A DNA stretch of 64,000 bases from an uncultured virus (IMG/VR IMGVR_UViG_3300042479_000659) (IMGVR_UViG_3300042479_000659); one strand, 5' to 3'. Shown: positions 31,509 to 41,486, numbered from the stretch's first letter. The notes: generated from the sequence alone by a model not told the origin. Program-made: numbers and translations.

Positions 31509-34338
31509 GTTTGATGTATTTTATTCTGGAAAAAAGCCCAATTTGTTTGCGCATGAGCAGGCAGTAGATACCATTGAACAAGCACAACAGCAAAGTCGTA
31601 CACGGTTTTTCTGGTTTGTAAATTACTTATCGGACTACACTGGCTTTGATTTTCTTTGGGAGCCAGTGCCTTGGCAAGCACACCAGCGACATGCTTGGGC
31701 AAGCCAACACCAACCAGACTCAGGCACATACCTTGTGCCTACAGTAGGCTACATAGACACAAACTATCACACCGATGTAGTATTGCAAAGAATCAACAAT
31801 GAAGAGTCATGGAAAATACACGAATCGATAGATCAAGAGTCATGGGATTGGTCCTGGCATCCAGATCCAGCAGAGCCTCCTTACATCTACGTGTTTGGTA
31901 ATCAATGGAACTTTCCTGAATACAAAGCCAGTGTAGAATATGTTGTTCCTGGAGCAACAGAACGCAAGTACATGGATCTAAAAACAACTAGACTATCGCA
32001 GCCACAGTTGTTTGCACATAATCTAGCAGTGAGCAAGTTTGATTATTCGTGGGAACCCAATCCTTTTGATCCTCCTTATGTGTATGTGTTTGGCAATCAG
32101 TGGAATCCTGGTGTACTAGAACCCACAATAATTTATACAGTACCCGGAGCAACAGAACGCAAGTATGTAGATGACATTGTGGCTACAGTGGCATCTAGCC
32201 CTGCAGACTTTGATGTGTTGCATGATGTTGCTGACTTTGATTATAGTTGGAGACCCGACCCTACGGATCCAGATTACATATACGTGTTTGGCAATGAATG
32301 GTACACAGCAGAGATCATGCCCACAGTGGAATATCGTGTGGGCAATGCCACTGAACGCAAGTACGTGGATTATCCCCGGGCTAGATTACCTGTACGTCAA
32401 GACAACAAGTGGCACACTATACAACAGTGTGACTGGGATTATTCGTGGATTCCTGACCCAGGTGATCCGCCCTACATCTATGTGTTTGGCAATCAGTGGC
32501 ATTCGGCAGAGATCATGCCCACTGTTACCTACACTGTTCCGGGTGCTACTGAACGCAAGTACATGGATTATCCACGTGCTCAACTGCGGGCAACACAGCT
32601 ACACTGGGACAATATTACACATCACGACTATGAGTTTGACTACTCCTGGACCCCGGACCCTGGTGAGCCACCTATGATCTATGTGTTTGGCAATCAACAC
32701 TGGCCAGCAGAGAAAATGTCCATGTTGCGTTACTGTTCAGAACCCAAGGACGAAGGCCTACCTGTCAAGTATGTAGATTACCCTCGAGCCACGCTAGTAC
32801 CCAACAAAGCAATGTGGGTGTTACCCGAGGGTGTGCGCAAAGAACAAGTAGACTTTACTTGGGTGCCAGATCCAGGTGAGCCTCCGTACATATATCAGTT
32901 TGCTACGCAGTGGCAAAAGACCGGCGGTCCACAGTATCATGTACCTGGTGCAACTGAAACCAAATACCTTGAGCATGTAGAGATCAAAATTCAAACTGCT
33001 ACAGTTCCTATTGTGGAGATTGATCACTTGGATGGTGCCGGAGGGCAAGTTCCGGGAGCCATAAAGAAGGTTCGTTACTTTGACAACTACAGAGATACTC
33101 TGATACGGTTAGCAAAGAGCTTACTCGGCGAGCATGAGTTTGTATGGGTGTGTAGCAGTATTTGTGACTACACTGACTTTGACTTTTCGTGGCACCCGGA
33201 AAAATGGCAAAGCACAATGCTACATGTGTTTGCCAGCAATGAACAAAAGTTTGGAGATACATTCTACATGCACGTTCCTACATTTGCGGCTCGTGCAGAA
33301 AAGAAAGCCCTGTTGGAATGGTATTCAGTAAACTATGTGCCCCGGATTCGTGTTCCACGCAGGCCCATGCCTGTGATACAGCACACAGAAGACAGTCATG
33401 TAGATGCAGTCAAGAACGCAACATGGTCAGGTCCATTGGCCACATTCACCACAACTGATTATGTTCCGGACAATGTAGTCACAGTTCCACTGTGGCGCAC
33501 CGAAACCAAAACTATTGTGCCCTTGAGCAAAGGTGCTGCCAGTGTGATTGTTCCGCGAGTGGCAGTAGGTGATATTCGAACACAGTTATACGATTACCCG
33601 TACATTAATAAAACACAACGCATGGGCAAAGAACATCCGTTAGACATTGTGTTTATCAGCAACGGCGAAAAGTATGCTGGTTTTCATGAACAACAATTAT
33701 ATCGATCAGTACAAAGAGACGGGCTTGACTGCAATCACATACATCATTCTACAGGCGTAAACGGCCGAGTGGCAGCATACCAAGCAGCCGCCAGGTCAAG
33801 CACAACACCTTGGTTCTTTGCTGTGTTTGCCAAGCTAGAAGTTGATCCCAAGTTTGACTGGACATGGCAACCTGATCGTATGCAACAGGCCAAACACTAT
33901 ATCTTTCACGCATACAATCCTGTGAATGGATTGACATATGGTCACCAGGCCATGATTGCCTACAACAAGCAGATGGTGTTGGAGAACGCTGGAGCAGGTT
34001 TAGACTTTACACTGGATCAACCACATGAAGTTGTGCCCGTGCTCAGTGGTGTAGCCAACTATAATGAAACACCTTGGATGGCCTGGCGCACTGCATTCCG
34101 CGAAGTGCTTAAACTAAAGGCCAGTCTGCCAGATGTAGAAAGTGAATACCGACTCCGTATGTGGCTCAGCAATGCTGGCGAAGTCCCAAATGCAGAATGG
34201 AGTCAGTGGGGTGCAGAAGATGCAGTAGAGTACTACGACGAAGTGGCCGGCGACTTTGCGGCTCTAAAGAAAAGTTACGAGTGGTCTTGGCTGGCCAGTT
34301 ATGCGTTTATGCGACGCAGTCTACAACCTGATCGCTGA
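31507..34338 (+). CDS. 943-aa repeat protein with C-terminal glycosyltransferase-like domain
   Basis: Six ~65-aa repeats DYSWxPDPxEPPYIYVFGNQW...PGATERKY; C-terminus (FISNGE, NGLTYGH, AWRTAFRE) similar to 12876..13802. Confidence 0.6.
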   Translation: MFDVFYSGKKPNLFAHEQAVDTIEQAQQQSRTRFFWFVNYLSDYTGFDFLWEPVPWQAHQRHAWASQHQPDSGTYLVPTVGYIDTNYHTDVVLQRINNEESWKIHESIDQESWDWSWHPDPAEPPYIYVFGNQWNFPEYKASVEYVVPGATERKYMDLKTTRLSQPQLFAHNLAVSKFDYSWEPNPFDPPYVYVFGNQWNPGVLEPTIIYTVPGATERKYVDDIVATVASSPADFDVLHDVADFDYSWRPDPTDPDYIYVFGNEWYTAEIMPTVEYRVGNATERKYVDYPRARLPVRQDNKWHTIQQCDWDYSWIPDPGDPPYIYVFGNQWHSAEIMPTVTYTVPGATERKYMDYPRAQLRATQLHWDNITHHDYEFDYSWTPDPGEPPMIYVFGNQHWPAEKMSMLRYCSEPKDEGLPVKYVDYPRATLVPNKAMWVLPEGVRKEQVDFTWVPDPGEPPYIYQFATQWQKTGGPQYHVPGATETKYLEHVEIKIQTATVPIVEIDHLDGAGGQVPGAIKKVRYFDNYRDTLIRLAKSLLGEHEFVWVCSSICDYTDFDFSWHPEKWQSTMLHVFASNEQKFGDTFYMHVPTFAARAEKKALLEWYSVNYVPRIRVPRRPMPVIQHTEDSHVDAVKNATWSGPLATFTTTDYVPDNVVTVPLWRTETKTIVPLSKGAASVIVPRVAVGDIRTQLYDYPYINKTQRMGKEHPLDIVFISNGEKYAGFHEQQLYRSVQRDGLDCNHIHHSTGVNGRVAAYQAAARSSTTPWFFAVFAKLEVDPKFDWTWQPDRMQQAKHYIFHAYNPVNGLTYGHQAMIAYNKQMVLENAGAGLDFTLDQPHEVVPVLSGVANYNETPWMAWRTAFREVLKLKASLPDVESEYRLRMWLSNAGEVPNAEWSQWGAEDAVEYYDEVAGDFAALKKSYEWSWLASYAFMRRSLQPDR

Positions 34339-35413
34339 TGTATTCGACTTCTAGGTCTGTTAGTTCGGGATAGATAGGCAGACTTAGCACACGACGAGCA
34401 AGACTAGAACTTGCGGCCAACATGTCTGGGCCAGGATATGCTCTATACAACGGTAGTTCGTGCAATGGGTTTATATAATGTACTCGTGTATCAATCTTGC
34501 GCAGTGCAAGATTTGCTCGTAGCGTATCACGTCCATCAACATCTATAACAAACTTATGAACAGCATGATTGTGTGCATTGGCATCGTTGATCAAACACCG
34601 TATGTCTGTGTGTTTAAAACGATCACGCCAATGATCTGCAATCTTTTGTCTACGTGCTTGCCAATAATCAATATGTCGAGATTTAACCAACATGTGCGCA
34701 CAGTCCAGTTCGCTCATGCGACTGTTAGTTCCTGGATTGCGATGTGTAGGTTTACCATTGTCTCGCCAGGCACGAGCATATTCTGCTAGATCCAAATTGT
34801 CTGTAACAACAGCACCACCATTGCCATAGCAAGCCAAGTTTTTCATGGGATCAAAACTAATTGCCGCACCACCTTTGCCTATTCTTGTGCAGTCAGCCGA
34901 TAACCAATGTTGTGCGGCATCTTCGATTATAAGAGTATCATGTTGTATCCATTGATTCCAAGAGCGAACGTCACCGTGATGCGTAACTGCGGCACCGTAC
35001 AATCCAACCATTGCAATTGCCTGATAACTTAATCCTGCTGGTATTGAATTAGTGTTTAATAATCCCTGTGCATCTGTATCAATGATGTGTATATCCCATC
35101 CTGCACGTAAGAATGCATTGGCAGTGGCCACATAGGTCATTGACGGTATCAGCACAGTAGGAGGATGCGGCACAGGAGATTCCATGGCCCAGTAATTGGC
35201 TAAGATTTCAAGTGCATGTGTGCCTGAATGGCAAGTTACAGCATAACGCACATGATTCTTTCGAGCAAGCCATGCTTCAAACTCCACAGTATTGTTGCCG
35301 TTCATGAGTTGACCACTGCGAAGAACTTCGTCAGTCACATCTAGAATTTCTGTGCGGAGATTGTTATACTGTTTTTTTAAACCAGTAAACGGGATTGTAA
35401 GTCCGGTATTCAT
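34307..35413 (-). CDS. DegT/DnrJ/EryC1/StrS PLP-dependent sugar aminotransferase
   Basis: SGTHAL, IIEDAAQ, SFDPMKNL (PLP Lys), GNGGAV, NSRMSE, LSLPIYP. Confidence 0.9.
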   Translation of the reverse strand: MNTGLTIPFTGLKKQYNNLRTEILDVTDEVLRSGQLMNGNNTVEFEAWLARKNHVRYAVTCHSGTHALEILANYWAMESPVPHPPTVLIPSMTYVATANAFLRAGWDIHIIDTDAQGLLNTNSIPAGLSYQAIAMVGLYGAAVTHHGDVRSWNQWIQHDTLIIEDAAQHWLSADCTRIGKGGAAISFDPMKNLACYGNGGAVVTDNLDLAEYARAWRDNGKPTHRNPGTNSRMSELDCAHMLVKSRHIDYWQARRQKIADHWRDRFKHTDIRCLINDANAHNHAVHKFVIDVDGRDTLRANLALRKIDTRVHYINPLHELPLYRAYPGPDMLAASSSLARRVLSLPIYPELTDLEVEYISDQVVDCVA

Positions 35414-35589
35414 GCATTCTTTGCCCAGGCAATATACCCACCATTGGCATTGCTCCACGGGCAATACTGTTCCCACAATGTGTTTGCTTGCTCTGGATTC
35501 TCTTTCATCAAGAGGTCTAGACTATGCCGGGTCTTGTATCCATCAAGACTCCAATCATGATTTTTTAATGCAGTTTCTAAGTCATTCAT
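35410..35589 (-). CDS. 59-aa hypothetical protein
   Basis: MNDLETALKNHDWS...GGYIAWAKNA*; ATGA overlap with DegT start; not in ORF track. Confidence 0.6.
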   Translation of the reverse strand: MNDLETALKNHDWSLDGYKTRHSLDLLMKENPEQANTLWEQYCPWSNANGGYIAWAKNA

Positions 35590-35600
35590 TTTGTTTATCT

Positions 35601-36566
35601 TTAAAAAGTAGTTTGCCAGTATGAAGATTCACTCAGCCACTTGTAGTAATTTTGGAATCCTTCTTCAACATCCACTTGGGGATTATATCCCAGTACAATT
35701 TTTGCCTTTGTGATATTTAATGCACCGCGACTGGGAAAGTCTGCATCTTTATCTCGGCATTCGATTGTGCCTTTGCCAACAATTTTAACAATCATTTCGG
35801 CAGCTTGTAACAAACTCACCGAATGTGATTTGGTAATATTATATGTATTATTGCTGGCATGTGCAAGAGTCGCGGCTGACACTATGCCATCAGCGGCATC
35901 ATCTACATAGGTAAAGTCTAGCGTCTCCCCTGCCCCATTAACTCGGAGAATGCCGCCTCGCATTGCGGTGAGCATAAACTTGGCAACCACTCGGTCTTCC
36001 ACATCCAAGGGGCCGTATACAGCACTAGGCCTAATAATAGCGTAATCAAAAGCGCCGCGACGATGGTAGTCTTTGACAATGTCTTCTCCTGTTAATTTTA
36101 AGATGCCGTATTGGCCAATGGGTCGGCAATTGTAGTCTTCTTCAACTTGGTCGTCAAAGTCGCCATAGACCATGCTACTAGAAATGTACACAACACGACT
36201 GATACGGTGTTTTTTGGCACTCTCGCAAACATTGATCAAGCCTTCACTCATTACACGACTGCCCCAAGCAGGGTTAGCATTGACAACTTTCTGCCGGGGA
36301 AAACTGGCCATATGGATGACAACTTCAGGTTGGTGTTTATTTACTAACCAATCAAAGTTATCAGCATCGGTGATATCAATGTGATAGATGTTGTTGCCGG
36401 ATATCTTTTTCAAACGTTCTGACATCAAGTAGTCAATTTCAGTCTGCGGAATGATTCCATAGTCAGTACGTGTGTCGGTAACGACAACATCATGCCTTTG
36501 TGCTTCTAATCGTTGCACTACATTGTGTCCAATCAGCCCAAGTCCGCCGGTTACTAGTATTTTCAT
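35601..36566 (-). CDS. NAD-dependent NDP-sugar epimerase/dehydratase
   Basis: TGGLGLIG, ISSSMVYG, YGILK (YxxxK), VYGP, DFTYVDD. Confidence 0.92.
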   Translation of the reverse strand: MKILVTGGLGLIGHNVVQRLEAQRHDVVVTDTRTDYGIIPQTEIDYLMSERLKKISGNNIYHIDITDADNFDWLVNKHQPEVVIHMASFPRQKVVNANPAWGSRVMSEGLINVCESAKKHRISRVVYISSSMVYGDFDDQVEEDYNCRPIGQYGILKLTGEDIVKDYHRRGAFDYAIIRPSAVYGPLDVEDRVVAKFMLTAMRGGILRVNGAGETLDFTYVDDAADGIVSAATLAHASNNTYNITKSHSVSLLQAAEMIVKIVGKGTIECRDKDADFPSRGALNITKAKIVLGYNPQVDVEEGFQNYYKWLSESSYWQTTF

Positions 36567-36898
36567 TTGTTAATTCCACCCCATTTAAGAGTCCAGAAAG
36601 TCTGGTCTTGCTCACTGAGTCTAGCCATGACTTTGAACTTGTGTCCCCATGAATTGTAATCTAATGACTGTATCCAATAAGGTTTCTCTACAGCATGCTC
36701 CATTGTCCATTGCCCTGCTTCACTTTGTTGCCATTGCCATAGCGGCTCTGCGGCATACAATTCTGGATCTTCCACATCTCCCATGGAGAATTCGTGTACA
36801 CATACGTCGTTATAACGCACAGCACGATCGCCGATGAGTTTTACTTCTTCGGCTTTCCAGTGTCTGTAATCAGATTCAGGTCTGTGTGCTATTGCCAT
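36563..36898 (-). CDS. Hypothetical protein
   Basis: 111 aa; GDVEDPELYAA motif; upstream TTGCTA-N17-TATACT (36932-36904). Confidence 0.7.
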   Translation of the reverse strand: MAIAHRPESDYRHWKAEEVKLIGDRAVRYNDVCVHEFSMGDVEDPELYAAEPLWQWQQSEAGQWTMEHAVEKPYWIQSLDYNSWGHKFKVMARLSEQDQTFWTLKWGGINK

Positions 36899-36918
36899 AC
36901 TCTAGTATAGCATAAGGA

Positions 36919-37611
36919 TCAGTTGTTAGCAACCAAGTCGGCTGCCATTGGAAAGATTGCTGTGATGGCTAGAGCGCAAGCTCTTGCAATTTCCATGTGC
37001 TCTTTTTGTGTGCCATTGGCCGCACGTAGCTCAATGTAATGAATCCATGAGCGTAGCGTACCATTCATGTACATACGGCTAATAGTAAGTCCTTCGGGTA
37101 ACACAGCACGGGCCTGTTCTTTGGCAATGCCATTTTTAATTGCCCAAGAGTATTCTTGTTTAACTGAAAACAGCACACGCCGCTGAGCACGTTCCCATTC
37201 AAATGCAATCAACCGTTGCTGTTCATCTGACAGATCTAGTTCTACACTGTTCTGACGATTCTTTGCGTCTTGGAATCGTGCTTCACGCAGAACAAACGCT
37301 TCGTCGAGTTCTTGTGTAGGATCAGCATAACGCTGAGAGAACTCTTGAAAACTAAAACTACGATGACGTAAGATCTGTCTTGCAATATCACGTGTGGTTG
37401 TAATTTCCATACAGGCCGAAACCATTTCCAGTGGGCTCCAGTGTTGGTGTCGAACTAGATACTTGATTAGTTTTTCACTGGTTTCTGTGTTGAGTTGATT
37501 GGCAGGATTGCTGACACGGGCGCAGTACGCAATTAGTTCTTGCGCATCTGCAACACCCTGGTCAGCAAACTCCTGGGTTGGTTGGCTGTAAGATACAAGT
37601 TGTATTTTCAT
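36919..37611 (-). CDS. thyX: FAD-dependent thymidylate synthase
   Basis: HWSPLE, RQILRHRSFSFQEFSQRY ThyX signature. Confidence 0.95.
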   Translation of the reverse strand: MKIQLVSYSQPTQEFADQGVADAQELIAYCARVSNPANQLNTETSEKLIKYLVRHQHWSPLEMVSACMEITTTRDIARQILRHRSFSFQEFSQRYADPTQELDEAFVLREARFQDAKNRQNSVELDLSDEQQRLIAFEWERAQRRVLFSVKQEYSWAIKNGIAKEQARAVLPEGLTISRMYMNGTLRSWIHYIELRAANGTQKEHMEIARACALAITAIFPMAADLVANN

Positions 37612-37910
37612 AAACCGTTTAAGATTTTATTGGTTTCAGGTTGAACAAGATTGGCCACAGCACCAACATCTACCACAAAGTCTATGTCGCGAATTTCGTC
37701 ATCTAATTCTGCAAGGGTACGAGTCAACATCACTTCAATTTCGTCCACACTCATACCTTGCTTTTGTAGTGTGGACAAGTTAAACGTCTTCTGACGACCG
37801 CCGTGAAATTTAAGAATTACTTTCTTGATACATTCTAACGGTACATCAGTTTTGGATACGTCGGCAATAATGTGTTCCCAAGCAGTCAGGAAGTCTTTAT
37901 TGTGTTCCAT
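37608..37910 (-). CDS. Hypothetical protein
   Basis: ORF coupled to neighbours. Confidence 0.65.
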   Translation of the reverse strand: MEHNKDFLTAWEHIIADVSKTDVPLECIKKVILKFHGGRQKTFNLSTLQKQGMSVDEIEVMLTRTLAELDDEIRDIDFVVDVGAVANLVQPETNKILNGL

Positions 37911-38646
37911 CGGCAACAGCAGTCTTAACTTTGTTAGGGCCACGTGTGCGTTTTGCAGACACAGCCGGCTCGGTTGCTACTGGTTTGCTTTTGCTTGGGC
38001 GACTAACTGTGGGATCCATGCGTTCAGCATCTTTCTTCATACGTGCCGCTTCTGCGATCATTGACTTGGCATTTGCTTCCATTACCTGTGCTTGTGACAA
38101 CATGTTGGCAGCAATGTCGCGATCAGTCAACGCACCACCTTCACCGGCTCGCAGTACTGGAGGAGCAACATAACCAGGTGCTGACTTGGCAGCCTGTCCG
38201 GCTTTGTATTCTGCTTCTGCTTTGCGTTTGACTTCTGGCGCTACCATTCCGCGGCTGGCATCATTTTGTGCCATACGCTTGATGGCTTCTTCGCCTTGCT
38301 TCATTTCATTCAACATCTTGTTGAGTTCATCTAGGCGAATTCTTGCATCGCCGGAAGGTGTAACAATGATGTCACTAGAACGTACCTTCTTGATCATGCG
38401 CTCTTGGTGCAGAGTTTCCAAGATAGGACGACCATCTGGGAAGTAACTGCGATGCAGCGCATCGGCAAATTCTTCTGCTGATTGACCAATTGTACTTTCC
38501 AATACCTTTTGCACAGAATCTTGCCAGTGTGCCTGTAGCGTTTCGGGATAGACAACTAGACTCATGTGATCTTCTCCGGGTACCTGACGGAACAAAATGC
38601 AGACCTTACGGTCACCGTGTTTACCAACGTGTTTCATAAATGCCAT
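37897..38646 (-). CDS. Hypothetical protein (coiled-coil C-terminus)
   Basis: 249 aa, GGAG RBS. Confidence 0.75.
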   Translation of the reverse strand: MAFMKHVGKHGDRKVCILFRQVPGEDHMSLVVYPETLQAHWQDSVQKVLESTIGQSAEEFADALHRSYFPDGRPILETLHQERMIKKVRSSDIIVTPSGDARIRLDELNKMLNEMKQGEEAIKRMAQNDASRGMVAPEVKRKAEAEYKAGQAAKSAPGYVAPPVLRAGEGGALTDRDIAANMLSQAQVMEANAKSMIAEAARMKKDAERMDPTVSRPSKSKPVATEPAVSAKRTRGPNKVKTAVADGTQ

Positions 38647-38648
38647 TG

Positions 38649-38852
38649 TTACTCTCCTTGTGTGTTACTGGCCGCAGATTCTTCCTGGGCCTTGGCTTGT
38701 GCTACTACTGCTTCAAGGAAACTGGTTAGTTTGTTGTAAACTTCTCCAATCTCCTTCATTTCTGCGGCACGGAAGGCACCGCGTGTGCTTGCTAAGTCAA
38801 CGATATCTTTTAACAGATTTAAATCGGCGATAGTAATTTCTTTGTTTTCCAT
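38649..38852 (-). CDS. Hypothetical small protein
   Basis: 67 aa; RGAFRAAE motif; TAAATA-N5-ATG upstream. Confidence 0.7.
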   Translation of the reverse strand: MENKEITIADLNLLKDIVDLASTRGAFRAAEMKEIGEVYNKLTSFLEAVVAQAKAQEESAASNTQGE

Positions 38853-38950
38853 ATAGATATTTAATAAAAAAATGTGCAGTGCAAAAGTTTTTTACTGTGG
38901 ATTACACTCAAAACTGGTCACTTAGGACAAATTGATCATCCTAAACTAGA

Positions 38951-39184
38951 TTAAAATTCCACCAATTGCTTTACATCTTTTGTTGGAACCCACATGACAT
39001 TGTGAATGTCTTGTTTGACTTTTACCGGAAGATCGGCATGCACCAGCACACGTTTTTCCTGTGCTCTTACCACAGTACCAATGAATGGCACTCCAGTAAA
39101 ACGGCCAAATACTCTAGTTCCAAGATCAAACTTGGGCCGCGGAGTATCTTTGTTTTTGTCGGCAAAGTATTCGGCATAGCCCAT
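38951..39184 (-). CDS. Hypothetical protein (SH3-like size)
   Basis: 77 aa ORF in gene run. Confidence 0.6.
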   Translation of the reverse strand: MGYAEYFADKNKDTPRPKFDLGTRVFGRFTGVPFIGTVVRAQEKRVLVHADLPVKVKQDIHNVMWVPTKDVKQLVEF

Positions 39185-39411
39185 TATTCAAAATGCTCTT
39201 TTAATGTTTTTACACTTTCACTAATTGTGCATTTAACAATGCCTTGTTGGAATGTGGTCATGGCACAATGCATAGGTGTTGCATCTACAACTTGAATGCA
39301 TTCTTCAATTAACAATTCTGCAAATTTTTCCAATGGAATATACACATCGTCGGGTAAGTTGTCTATTTTTAATCCTGCCTGCAATGCAAGATCGTGTAGT
39401 TTTTGTTTCAT
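39184..39411 (-). CDS. Hypothetical protein
   Basis: LEKFAELLIEEC motif common in small phage proteins. Confidence 0.65.
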   Translation of the reverse strand: MKQKLHDLALQAGLKIDNLPDDVYIPLEKFAELLIEECIQVVDATPMHCAMTTFQQGIVKCTISESVKTLKEHFE

Positions 39412-39413
39412 TT

Positions 39414-39770
39414 TTAAAATCTCATTTTAATATCAAGACGAATATTGCGATTTACTACTTCTAGTCTACCCAAGGTTACTCCGACCATGAATCCCAGCCG
39501 ATTTTCATTAAGGTAATCAAACAAATAATATTGTCCTATCAGTTGTCCTATGAAAAACATATCAATTTTTTGAGTTGATGGATACGTTCCTAATATAGGA
39601 TTAGTTTCGTAGTATATGGGGTTTCTAGAAAGGTATCTAGTCTGGCTCCAGTCCATTGTAGTAAGCACAGTATTAGCAACAAACACCACTTTTTCTACAT
39701 CCGTCCAAGGCCTATTCTCTGCGTTAACATTGGTAAAGAATAATAGTAACAGTGATAGAATAAATTTCAT
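39414..39770 (-). CDS. Putative exported/membrane protein
   Basis: Signal-peptide-like N-terminus; YETNPILG. Confidence 0.6.
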   Translation of the reverse strand: MKFILSLLLLFFTNVNAENRPWTDVEKVVFVANTVLTTMDWSQTRYLSRNPIYYETNPILGTYPSTQKIDMFFIGQLIGQYYLFDYLNENRLGFMVGVTLGRLEVVNRNIRLDIKMRF

Positions 39771-41062
39771 TCTTCCTCTTCACCGAAGTAGGCATATTGT
39801 CCAAATGGTGGAACTATAGTTCTGGTGCCGTGCAAGATGAACACTGTTTCTGTATAGTTCTCGTCGCCCCATGAACCAAATGGGTATCCGTCTGTAAACA
39901 TGACCAGTCGCTTGGGCTCAATCTCGTTGTCTTTCAAGTACCGGTACACACAATCAAAGTCTGTGCCACCACCACCTTCTGGCTCGTAGTCGCAGATAGT
40001 ATCCAAGTTGTCACTGTCGTATTGTACAGGATTGTAAGTTTCTGTATCAAAACTAACAACATGAATTTTATATGCCGGAAACGATTCCATAATGCCTTGG
40101 ACTTCACCAAGCATGTCCTTGGCCATCTCGTTACTAATGGAACCCGACATGTCGATAGCCACTGCAATATCGATCATGGGCTCTAACTTCATGCCCGGCA
40201 TAATAGCATCCATGTCCCAACCTTTACGGCCGGTTCGCATCCAGGTATAGTCACTCTTAATAGTGCTTTCTAACTGCATACGGAGCAGTTCGCGCCAGTT
40301 CATTTTGGGCTCAGTCAAGTCCTTTAAGATACGACGAACACCTGCGGGCAAGTTGCCTGCGCCATCTGCGTCTGCGGCCACTGCCGCCAACATGGCTTCT
40401 TTAATCTCATCTTTAATTTGTTGACGATCTTCTGGGCTCAACTTGGGACGACCCCGGCCTTTTTTATCGCCTTCTTCACCTGAGCCACCGCTGTCGTCAT
40501 CGCCCTCACCATCCAAGTGCTCGTCAATCATCTGTTCCATCAATTTGCCAATGTCGATCTTGTCTGCTTTTTCATACAAGATATCGTACACTTCCTCGGC
40601 ACACAGGCCTTCGTATTTTTTGTCGTACAAGCAAGGAACACTGGTAATGAACTCGCCGACACCGTGCTTCTTCAAGTCCCCGTTCACACAATAGTCGTCT
40701 GCAATATTCCACAGCATGGGATCTCGTTCACCTCTGCGTCCAAAGTGGTCATATACACAATGCAACACCTCGTGTCCAAACAGGAATTCTACTTCTTTGG
40801 GTTTCAGCAGTTTAATGAATTTGCAGTTATAATAGAAGTTACGGCCGTCTGTTGCGGCAGTAGGGCACCATTCGTCTGCGTTGACAAGCTTCAACCGAGT
40901 TGCCAAGTTACCAAAGAAACTGGCCTTAAGCAACAGTCCCACACGGGCTGTGGTCAAAATTTCTCGTACTTCTCGATCCAGTTTAGGATCCATTTTACCT
41001 ACGAGATCTTTAAACTTGTCGTTTTCTTTAGAGTCTGCAGTGGTACCTTTTTTGGCGCTCAT
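39767..41062 (-). CDS. Metallopeptidase-VWA domain protein (DUF2201-like)
   Basis: TAATDG, HEVLH, MIDAS DMSGS, GGGGTDF, FTDG. Confidence 0.85.
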   Translation of the reverse strand: MSAKKGTTADSKENDKFKDLVGKMDPKLDREVREILTTARVGLLLKASFFGNLATRLKLVNADEWCPTAATDGRNFYYNCKFIKLLKPKEVEFLFGHEVLHCVYDHFGRRGERDPMLWNIADDYCVNGDLKKHGVGEFITSVPCLYDKKYEGLCAEEVYDILYEKADKIDIGKLMEQMIDEHLDGEGDDDSGGSGEEGDKKGRGRPKLSPEDRQQIKDEIKEAMLAAVAADADGAGNLPAGVRRILKDLTEPKMNWRELLRMQLESTIKSDYTWMRTGRKGWDMDAIMPGMKLEPMIDIAVAIDMSGSISNEMAKDMLGEVQGIMESFPAYKIHVVSFDTETYNPVQYDSDNLDTICDYEPEGGGGTDFDCVYRYLKDNEIEPKRLVMFTDGYPFGSWGDENYTETVFILHGTRTIVPPFGQYAYFGEEEE

Positions 41063-41120
41063 AACATTCCTTTTGTTGCTTATGTATGTATTATAGCAGA
41101 ATATGCATTATTCGTCAAGC

Positions 41121-41453
41121 TCAAACAGTTTTAGGATGACTCAACATAAACCAATTTAGTTCTTTGTCTGTGGCCACATAGATTCTATAATCATTGTACC
41201 GAGCACTGTATGCCCACAAAGGATTGACATCATCCGGCTCAAACAGCAGGGGATTGGCACTGCCGCTTTTGATCATGGCAACACGGGTTTCAACATCTTG
41301 GCTCCATCCAAATGTCTTATTAAACCATTTCCGACCATGATCAAAATCCAACACACCTGTGCCTTTCCAGTGTGCCTTTGAGAATTCAATCATGTACTGA
41401 AAGTATTCTTTTTGACTGTACCGCTTGTCGAGTCTAGTAATTTTGTATTTCAT
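41121..41453 (-). CDS. Hypothetical protein
   Basis: 110 aa ORF. Confidence 0.65.
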   Translation of the reverse strand: MKYKITRLDKRYSQKEYFQYMIEFSKAHWKGTGVLDFDHGRKWFNKTFGWSQDVETRVAMIKSGSANPLLFEPDDVNPLWAYSARYNDYRIYVATDKELNWFMLSHPKTV

Positions 41454-41460
41454 AATAAAG

Positions 41461-41480
41461 AAGCGGTATCTCTACCGCTT
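41461..41480 (-). terminator. Hairpin/terminator after AAA+ gene
   Basis: AAGCGGTA-N4-TACCGCTT, followed on the minus strand by CTTTATTAT. Confidence 0.55.
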
Positions 41481-41486
41481 CCTTGT

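Noticed and set aside
31840..32970. DGR template/variable repeats
   Set aside because: In-frame protein repeats with mixed, largely synonymous differences; no reverse transcriptase in the window.
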